Positions 7,241-12,849 of a stretch of DNA of 12,849 nucleotides are shown here, one piece after another. The first letter of the stretch is position 1, and every line of letters starts with the position of its first letter. A model generated the notes under the pieces. That model searched no databases. It saw only the letters and a list, made by a program, of their open reading frames with translations, and was not told the origin of the DNA. The DNA comes from Halalkalibacterium halodurans (GTDB lineage Bacteria; Bacillota; Bacilli; Bacillales; Bacillaceae_D). The translations under genes and the position numbers were made by a program. The stretch is taken from contig NZ_SNUY01000086.1 of NCBI RefSeq assembly GCF_004376175.1, positions 1 through 12,849 on the forward strand. The letters run 5' to 3'.

Positions 7241-8551
7241 TTATGATGAAGTGTTAAATCGTGGCTGACACTTGTTCGTTTTCCATTCAATGGTCTCGCC
7301 TTGCTCGTACCTACCGATGGCACGGCTATCTAAAAAGACGGCGTTCTTTATTTGCAAATTTAGCTTCTTCATTACTCTTGATTTAATCGGGTATAGCCGG
7401 TTGTTTCCACTAAGATAGAACTTAAAGCCACAGCGAACAAGAAGACCTTCAGGTAACGGATGCTGATTGTTAACATGAGCTGAAATGGGGGGGCCTGTAG
7501 GAATAGAATCTAAAAAGGAACGGCTTACCTCCACCACTTCACTCGCACGGAATTTATACAACCGAAACTCTTTATGGGTCAAAATGTGACGCTTCCGATG
7601 GTTTTCAACATAATAGATGTGAGGCTCTTGGGAGGCTTTGATTAATCGATGGTTCGGAAAAAACTTCCTCTGCTCCCAAATGTGCTCATCAATAGCTGGC
7701 CCTTCCTTATATTTGAACAAAACAGGATCAGGAATATGAACAACATTTTCTTCACGATAGTGTAATTGTTGAAACATAGTAGGTGTAATGGCTCGTCGGT
7801 GGTTATCTTCTATTAAGTAAACATCCGCTCCTAATCCTTTCACTAACGTACCAGAAGGTAGGTACTCAGGAAGAAATGCGTTTAATGCTTGAAAAGATGT
7901 TGGGCTTTTTAAACATACATCGAGAACCTCATTGATCGGATAAAATAATGCGAATGCCGAAAGTCGGTTCCAGAAGAATGCATCTCCATTATGCCAACAG
8001 ATCGGATCATCATTCCAATAACTTCCGTACGTTTCGTACACCTTCTCGGCCAAACTTCGCCTGTGCATGACCGAACAGTGATCCACTATATTTTCTGCAT
8101 ACCGAATTGTTCCTTTCGTCGGACGAATACGTTCCGCTTGGGTGATCAACTGATTATCTACCGTTCTCACCAGCTGCTTTGAGTAAACGACATCGACACT
8201 CGGATACCGGTCTAAATATTGAACCATTTTCTGCAAGCGCTCTGGTAAATAGTAATTATCATCGGTTAAATAGCAAAGATAGTCACCTGTAGAGCGTGGA
8301 ATGGCTTCATTAATCAATGTAGCATACCGAGTCGACTTGTGCCGTTCTTCATCCTTAACTTGGCTGTTATAATAATAAACGTTCGGATAGAGCATATAAG
8401 AGTCGATCACTTGCTGCGTCTCTTCATTTGAAGCATCATCCATAATCCACAGTTCCCAATCTTGAAAAGGCTGAGACAGCACGCTTTCAATCGCAGCGCC
8501 GACTGTATTTGGCTTATTGTAACTCGTCAAAATAACCGTAACTTTTGCCAT
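7241..8551 (-). CDS. Two-part protein: SpsA-like GT2 domain (aa 1 to about 225) plus a triple-repeat C-terminal region, 436 aa
   Basis: AGAAGGTG lies 7 nt upstream of ATG 8551. MAKVTVILTSYNKPNTVGAAIESVLSQPFQDWELWIMDDASNEE, YLTDDN, DHCSVMHRRSLAEKVYETYGSYWNDD closely parallel SpsA. The C-terminal 200 aa have no counterpart in SpsA. Confidence 0.88.
   Translation of the reverse strand: MAKVTVILTSYNKPNTVGAAIESVLSQPFQDWELWIMDDASNEETQQVIDSYMLYPNVYYYNSQVKDEERHKSTRYATLINEAIPRSTGDYLCYLTDDNYYLPERLQKMVQYLDRYPSVDVVYSKQLVRTVDNQLITQAERIRPTKGTIRYAENIVDHCSVMHRRSLAEKVYETYGSYWNDDPICWHNGDAFFWNRLSAFALFYPINEVLDVCLKSPTSFQALNAFLPEYLPSGTLVKGLGADVYLIEDNHRRAITPTMFQQLHYREENVVHIPDPVLFKYKEGPAIDEHIWEQRKFFPNHRLIKASQEPHIYYVENHRKRHILTHKEFRLYKFRASEVVEVSRSFLDSIPTGPPISAHVNNQHPLPEGLLVRCGFKFYLSGNNRLYPIKSRVMKKLNLQIKNAVFLDSRAIGRYEQGETIEWKTNKCQPRFNTSS
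7289..7861 (-). repeat. Three tandem, diverged ~57-60-aa protein repeats in the C-terminal half of the long GT2
   Basis: R1 is aa 231-287: LPSGTLVKGLGADVYLIEDNHRRAI...KEGPAI. R2 is aa 298-356: FPNHRLIKASQEPHIYYVENHRKRHI...PTGPPI. R3 is aa 366-421: LPEGLLVRCGFKFYLSGNNRLYPI...EQGETI. Shared pattern: [LF]P..xL[VI][KR], aromatic-Y-[LYV], N[HN]R, I, then G..I at the end. Confidence 0.55.
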
Positions 8552-8590
8552 GTGAGGACACCTTCTTTAAGCGATGATTGTTCATACCTT

Positions 8591-8617
8591 TATCGTATGA
8601 TTTTCACCGCTCCACGT
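8591..8617 (-). promoter_or_regulatory. Sigma-K-type promoter candidate for the long GT2 and PHP unit
   Basis: The minus strand reads AC (8617-8616), 16 nt, then CATACGATA (8599-8591). It sits about 40 nt upstream of ATG 8551 and immediately downstream of the split sulfotransferase stop. Confidence 0.3.
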
Positions 8618-8624
8618 GTATCGG

Positions 8625-9486
8625 TTAGATCGCTTTAAAGCCCAACGTCCGTACCTTTTCTAAATCGTTTGGATGAAACTTCCTTAAATCAGCTTCTTTA
8701 TATTTCAACGTCGCTGCTGCCGGATCGATTTTCTCGCTCCATTCATCGAATGCGCCATCATCTACTGCTAAAGATTCAGCCAATTTCTGCAACTGTGGTG
8801 TTGGATTGACACAAAGCTGGTCAAAATGAATAAGCAAAAACCGGTCTTTCATCTGTTTTGTTCCATACATAACCGCTCGTTCGTTTGCCTTAATCCAATA
8901 CGTTAGTGATGCATTAGGGATCATCATAGAATTGTTTGGAATCGTTACACCAAATAATGGCCCCCAATTGAATAACTGCTGTTGATTTTTACTAAAAGCC
9001 ATATTTAATCCATTTCGGATCACATGAATGTACCTTACATTGGGAAAATAGCGATGAATGTAAGGCAAATATAGGTGAGCATTTGGCTCCTTCCACCCCC
9101 ATCCCTGATAGAGTTGCCTGTTTATCGGGTTCGGGGATAGCATGTTCCTTTTTATTTTTTGTGCTAACAAATCTCCATTCCGATAAGTCTGTGCAGCCTT
9201 TTCAATAAATTTAATGTCGTTACCGGTTAATTTTTTGAGTGGTTAGCCTGTTTTCTAAAATTTTAAGTCCGCGAAAAATTTCCTGTTCATTCAAGTTTAC
9301 AACCTTCGAAAACCAAATCGGTCGCTTAAATAACAAACTAAAATACAACAAATCCTTTGATTGATTTAGCATGTCCCCGAGATAAAAACCCATATCCATT
9401 ACAATTTCGGCAATGAGCCTCGTCCCGCTCCCACCAACACCACCAATGACAATAGGACCTTGCTTTGCAAAATCAGGCACAATCAC
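8625..9486 (-). pseudogene. Sulfotransferase (GGSGTR type) split into two ORFs by a 1-nt frameshift in an A6 tract
   Basis: ORF 9220-9486 gives the N-terminus with IVIGGVGGSGTRLIAEIV (PAPS P-loop). ORF 8625-9170 gives WGWKEPNAHLYLPYIHRYFPNVRYIHVIRNGLNMAFSKNQQQ. The second frame is open back to 9242, so the two frames overlap only across 9223-9242, which contains T6 on + (9231-9236). Removing one A gives a continuous ...RLTTQKLTGNDIKFIEKAAQTYRNGDLLAQK..., about 287 aa. Confidence 0.75.
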
Positions 9487-9630
9487 ACCTGCACTACTTC
9501 ACTCGATTATTTTATGAAGAAAGCTAGATACTTGCGTTACGGCAGACGTGGATCATTTGTGCCGCACCACAAAATAAGAAAACTAACTAGATCGGAAGTC
9601 ATATGAGAGGAATAGCTTGGTTAAGAGGAG

Positions 9631-10435
9631 GTGTTACACCGTGCCATCAAACTTAGAAACGGTTCTTTTTTGCACATCCCAAAAACAGGCGGTCTCACGC
9701 TACGGGGGATTATTGAGGATCAATACTCTAAAGATGAGCGATTGAAGTACCCGAGGTTACAACCAGCACGCTTCCATTCACTCATCAAGGACACCGCGTT
9801 TAATCCTCCTTTGTATCTTGGGTTACAACCAGCACGCTTCCATTCACTCCCTAAAAGAAAATTAACATCCTTAAGATGCGTGTACGGTCATTTTGGCTAT
9901 GGCATTCATTCCACACTTCACCAACCGTTTACTTACATTACCATGCTGCGTGACCCCGTGGAACGAGTTATCTCCACGTACTATTTTGTTTTACAAAACC
10001 CGCAAAATCGCCTGCACCATCAGGTGAAGCAGATGAGCTTCGAACAATTTGTTGCTAGTGATCTCCCAGTCGTTAGTAACCATCAAACCCGTCTCATTTC
10101 AGGGAAACCAATCCCGCATCTAGCCCTTGCCAAAAAGCATTTAAACCAACATTTTTCTATCGTCGGGATTACGGACATGTACGCACAATCCATTTTCTTA
10201 ATGAGCCAACGATTTGATTGGAAAAACGTCCAGTACACAAAGAAAAACAAGACAAAACACCGATTAAAACAAGAGGACTTTTCACAAGAAACCATTGCCA
10301 ACATTCGTAAAACGAAATGAGCTGGACCTTGCGCTGTATGATTACGCAAAAGACCGATTGCAGAGGCAGCTTCATTCTCTAGATTCTGTGAGTCAACGAG
10401 GGCTAGAGAAGTTTATCAAACGTCAACTGGTTTAA
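9631..10435 (+). pseudogene. PKTGG-type sulfotransferase paralogue 3, disrupted by two homopolymer frameshifts and a 66-bp in-frame insertion
   Basis: The best SD, GAGGAGGTG (9625-9633), serves GTG 9641, which is in the +1 frame (MPSNLETVLF...). One extra T in the T6 run 9666-9671 would give MPSNLETVLFLHIPKTGG, matching paralogues 1 and 2. The track ORF stops at 10320. The +1 frame then continues KRNELDLALYDYAKDRLQRQLHSLDSVSQRGLEKFIKRQLV to TAA 10433-10435, matching the paralogue C-termini. That shift is at the A4 run 10309-10312. Confidence 0.75.
9755..9849 (+). repeat. Perfect 29-bp direct repeat (2 copies, 66-bp period) flanking a 37-bp unique segment inside paralogue 3
   Basis: GGTTACAACCAGCACGCTTCCATTCACTC occurs at 9755-9783 and 9821-9849, read directly. 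It encodes LQPARFHSL twice. The paralogue 2 alignment shows exactly 22 extra codons here. Confidence 0.95.
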
Positions 10436-10442
10436 TATGTAT

Positions 10443-10487
10443 AGAGAGCAGGCTGCTCTAAGCAAAACAGCCTGCTCTCTTTTCGTT
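10443..10487 (+). terminator. Rho-independent terminator between convergent genes (possibly bidirectional)
   Basis: AGAGAGCAGGCTG (10443-10455) and CAGCCTGCTCTCT (10468-10480) form a perfect 13-bp stem with a 12-nt loop, followed by TTTCGTT. An A-rich tract precedes it for the opposite direction. It lies between TAA 10435 and the epimerase stop at 10489. Confidence 0.75.
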
Positions 10488-10488
10488 A

Positions 10489-11571
10489 TCATGAAAATAG
10501 AATATCTAAAATCTTTTGACTTACACCATGATTTCCGTACGGGTGTTTCCAGTTTGCTTGGTTCGTTCGGATGCTTTCCACACATTGAAGGATGGATTGG
10601 GTTTCAAAACCAGCTAGTTGGTTCGCGCCACATTCAACCGTTTCTGGTCGTTCTGTATTTAAACGTAAGGTGATACAAGGTGTACCAATGATACATGCCT
10701 CTTCTTGTATCCCTCCACTATCAGTTAAGATTCCTTTGGCATCCCGTTGAAGCAACAGAGCGTTAACAAAATTTGTAGGGGGATCAATGAGTATAATGGC
10801 CTCGTTTGTTTTTAGCCGTTCATAAAGGTTATTTTCAATTAACTTTTGTTTCGTTCGAGGGTGTAAGGACAAAACAACTTTCTCCGGGCCTTCCTTTGCT
10901 ACACGATCAAGAGCTTTTACGATTGATGAGAGCCTAAGAGGGTTGTCTGTATTTTCTTGACGATGGACAGTTACAAAAAAATAGGATTTGGGCTGAAGAT
11001 TGAAGGCTTGTAGCAGTTTAGTCGATTGGACATGGCTTTTAATGAAGTGTACTGCATCAACAATCGTTTGACCTGTTTGATAAACCCCATTAACGATCCC
11101 CTCTTTGGCCAAATTTTCCCCTGCTTGCTGTGTAGGTGTGAATAAATACTGAGCGATATGATCAACAAGCACCCGATTAATTTCCTCAGGCATGCTACGG
11201 TCATAGCTTCTTAATCCCGCTTCCACATGGGCAATTTTCACATTGAGCTTTGCTGCAGCTAAGGTCCCACCAAGGGTCGTATTCGTATCCCCATGAACAA
11301 TAACCAGATCAATCTTCTCCCGCTGAATAATTTCTTCAACTCCTGTTAATATTTTTGCCGTCGTTGAAGCATGGGAGCCAGACCCAACCTTCAAATGATA
11401 ATCAGGCTGTTGCAAGTGAAATGTATCTAGAACCGCTCCATCCATTGAATAGTCGTAATGTTGACCTGAATGGATAAACAAATGATGAGGATCTAAGCTC
11501 TTAAGCACCTTTATAAGAACCGCCATTTTAATGAGCTCAGGTCGCGTTCCGACGATGACAGCCGCTTTCAT
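10489..11571 (-). CDS. wecB: UDP-N-acetylglucosamine 2-epimerase (non-hydrolysing), 360 aa
   Basis: AAGGAGAG lies 5 nt upstream of ATG 11571. Motifs seen: MKAAVIVGTRPELIKMA, VHGDTNTTL, HVEAGLRSYDRSMPEEINR, TDSGGIQEEA. These are hallmark WecB/MnaA motifs. Confidence 0.9.
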   Translation of the reverse strand: MKAAVIVGTRPELIKMAVLIKVLKSLDPHHLFIHSGQHYDYSMDGAVLDTFHLQQPDYHLKVGSGSHASTTAKILTGVEEIIQREKIDLVIVHGDTNTTLGGTLAAAKLNVKIAHVEAGLRSYDRSMPEEINRVLVDHIAQYLFTPTQQAGENLAKEGIVNGVYQTGQTIVDAVHFIKSHVQSTKLLQAFNLQPKSYFFVTVHRQENTDNPLRLSSIVKALDRVAKEGPEKVVLSLHPRTKQKLIENNLYERLKTNEAIILIDPPTNFVNALLLQRDAKGILTDSGGIQEEACIIGTPCITLRLNTERPETVECGANQLAGFETQSILQCVESIRTNQANWKHPYGNHGVSQKILDILFS

Positions 11572-11585
11572 GTAATCTCTCCTTC

Positions 11586-11624
11586 TAACTAGAATTATCC
11601 TGCCATTCGTGATGATTCTAGTTA
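11586..11624 (-). promoter_or_regulatory. Perfect 10-bp inverted repeat between the candidate -10 and the epimerase SD (operator or 5'-leader hairpin)
   Basis: TAACTAGAAT (11586-11595) and ATTCTAGTTA (11615-11624) are separated by a 19-nt spacer. One arm abuts the SD (11577-11584) and the other overlaps the end of the CATAGGATA element. Confidence 0.35.
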
Positions 11625-11650
11625 TCCTATGAGAAATAGAGAGATCTGGT
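11623..11650 (-). promoter_or_regulatory. Sigma-K-type promoter candidate for the epimerase
   Basis: The minus strand reads AC (11650-11649), 17 nt, then CATAGGATA (11631-11623). It sits about 52 nt upstream of ATG 11571. Confidence 0.3.
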
Positions 11651-11713
11651 TTGTTTTTTTACCTAATGGCTCTACCTCAATTTGTAGATTTTTTCAGTCC
11701 ACACCATCCTCTT

Positions 11714-12706
11714 CTAATTAGTATAATAAAGCTTGTAAATAATCGGTAACGATGATTTCGCTCTCATCTCATTTGTCATTTCCAAAAGGTTTTGACAGAT
11801 CTTTTGTTTTTTTTCTAACAATGCTTCAATTTTTTCATGAGTTATTGTCTCTTCTACATACCAGTCACTTAGTTGAAGATCATCCATTAAAAATTTAACC
11901 TTAGGTGTACTCTTTAACATTATTGTTGGTACACCATGACTAATGGAAACTAGTCCAGCATGTAACCTACTAGTGATAGTTAAATCACCAGCTGCAAGAC
12001 AGGCCCCTTTTTCTTCTAAACTAATAGAATCGGGAATAATTCTTCGATTTCTTTGATTCGTCGCTTGAATGTTATAATAAAAATCAAGTGATGTATCTTG
12101 CATTGAAATGATATTTTCATTGATCTGTGTCGTTACTTGAGATAATGCCTTTTTGAGGTTATTTCTAAAGTTGGCCGAATAGGCATTAAGTGCAATTAAT
12201 ACGTTCTTTTTACTTTTTGGTAACGGATAGGGCTTTGTTTTAAAGTTCCAAATCGCCTCAGGTACTACATCACAGTCTATGTTTAGATGTTTGTTCAATA
12301 ACACTTTATCCCCAGTCGTACGGACAGTCACTTCTGCTGCTTTTTGTAGTACATATTTTAACTTTGAGCACGCTTCTTCTTTTACTACACGATCATCTAC
12401 TCCTACACGACTAAAGATATATGGCTTTTTGATCCCCTCGTCTAAAAAGGTAAAAAAGTGAGCGCCTAAATAAATTAATCCTCCCCCACCAATAACTATT
12501 AAATCATAAGTGTTTAATTCCTTTCTAAATTCTTCAATCGCTTGATGTGCGGCTTTGACTAACGGATATTTAGGCTTCATGAATGTGTGCCATAAAGATC
12601 TGCTGTATACTGTAATTTCAGATAAAGGGACATTTTTTTTTATATTTTTGATCATCTCTAAAAGATTAATTTCATCACCAAAATTGTTATAGCCTGAATT
12701 ATTCAT
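11714..12706 (-). CDS. Polysaccharide pyruvyl transferase family protein (CsaB/WcaK-like), 330 aa, possibly N-terminally compromised
   Basis: Motifs seen: SGYNNFGDEINLL near the N-terminus, DLIVIGGGGLI, TSRLHAGLVSISHGVPTIML. There is no SD before ATG 12706. An in-frame TAA lies 10 codons upstream. Confidence 0.78.
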   Translation of the reverse strand: MNNSGYNNFGDEINLLEMIKNIKKNVPLSEITVYSRSLWHTFMKPKYPLVKAAHQAIEEFRKELNTYDLIVIGGGGLIYLGAHFFTFLDEGIKKPYIFSRVGVDDRVVKEEACSKLKYVLQKAAEVTVRTTGDKVLLNKHLNIDCDVVPEAIWNFKTKPYPLPKSKKNVLIALNAYSANFRNNLKKALSQVTTQINENIISMQDTSLDFYYNIQATNQRNRRIIPDSISLEEKGACLAAGDLTITSRLHAGLVSISHGVPTIMLKSTPKVKFLMDDLQLSDWYVEETITHEKIEALLEKKQKICQNLLEMTNEMRAKSSLPIIYKLYYTN

Positions 12707-12771
12707 AAAAAATCTTTGATAACCAAATAATGCTTATCTATCAAGGTATTGAGCTAAATGGTCCATGCATC

Positions 12772-12842
12772 AAATAAATGAAAAAAGAATCCATTTCTGA
12801 TATGGTTAAAGCAACGATGAAATAACCACAGAAAGGATTCTT
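12772..12842 (-). terminator. Long imperfect hairpin plus T-tract; probable terminator of a minus-strand gene lying beyond the right edge
   Basis: On the minus strand AAGAATCC/GGATTCTT, TTTCTG/CAGAAA and TGGTTA/TAACCA pair, giving about 20 bp with small bulges. TTTTCATTTATTT follows. Confidence 0.4.
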
Positions 12843-12849
12843 ATAATGG

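Noticed and set aside
9508-9516. CATAAAATA (minus strand) upstream of the split sulfotransferase, as a fourth sigma-K -10.
   Set aside because: The nearest AC is 19 nt upstream rather than 16-17. The element is only about 20 nt from GTG 9486, leaving no room for a leader with an SD. It is kept only as a weak note in the sigma-K finding.
9755-9849. A 29-bp repeat, 37-bp spacer, 29-bp repeat geometry that superficially resembles a minimal CRISPR unit.
   Set aside because: There are only two copies. Both lie in frame inside a conserved sulfotransferase CDS, where the repeat encodes LQPARFHSL at a position that aligns with the paralogues. There is no leader, no cas genes in the window, and no internal palindrome in the repeat.
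1579-12461. Short ORFs from the six-frame track: 1579-1779, 2029-2277, 3246-3464, 3699-3932, 3944-4381, 5002-5241, 6025-6270, 6703-7068, 7991-8182, 10083-10349, 10169-10375, 10403-10585, 10437-10673, 10971-11204, 12279-12461.
   Set aside because: Each lies largely inside or antisense to a longer CDS with clear family motifs, or spans a terminator or intergenic hairpin. None has a convincing SD or recognisable motifs. I treat them as shadow ORFs.
1-12849. Looked for mobile-element hallmarks that could explain the rfbB truncation and the low-GC pyruvyl transferase gene: transposase or integrase ORFs, long terminal inverted repeats, or a tRNA attachment site.
   Set aside because: None is visible in any frame or as flanking repeats within the window. 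Any such element would have to lie outside it.

Overview
Strong GGAGG-type ribosome-binding sites and sps-like genes suggest a Bacillaceae-type surface or spore glycan-decoration locus. In order, the window holds: (i) the 5' end of an unassigned minus-strand gene; (ii) a 69-codon C-terminal remnant of dTDP-glucose 4,6-dehydratase (rfbB), joined by TAATG to intact rfbD and rfbC; (iii) an SpsA-like GT2 and a divergent GT61/DUF563 glycosyltransferase; (iv) a minus-strand block of three sulfotransferases (one RSGSS-type, two 254-aa PKTGG-type paralogues); (v) a PHP-family TrpH/YciV-like phosphoesterase; (vi) a second SpsA-like GT2 with three ~58-aa C-terminal repeats; (vii) a sulfotransferase split at an A6 tract; (viii) a third PKTGG-type sulfotransferase with two homopolymer frameshifts and a 66-bp in-frame insertion bounded by a perfect 29-bp direct repeat; (ix) UDP-GlcNAc 2-epimerase; (x) a low-GC polysaccharide pyruvyl transferase. 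I recognised no rRNA, tRNA, CRISPR array, transposase or integrase. Central hypothesis: the locus builds a sulfated glycan, probably also pyruvylated and containing rhamnose and ManNAc. It appears to have its own PAP-recycling phosphatase and may be expressed from sigma-K-type promoters. All family calls come from motifs read by eye in the translations; no searches were run.
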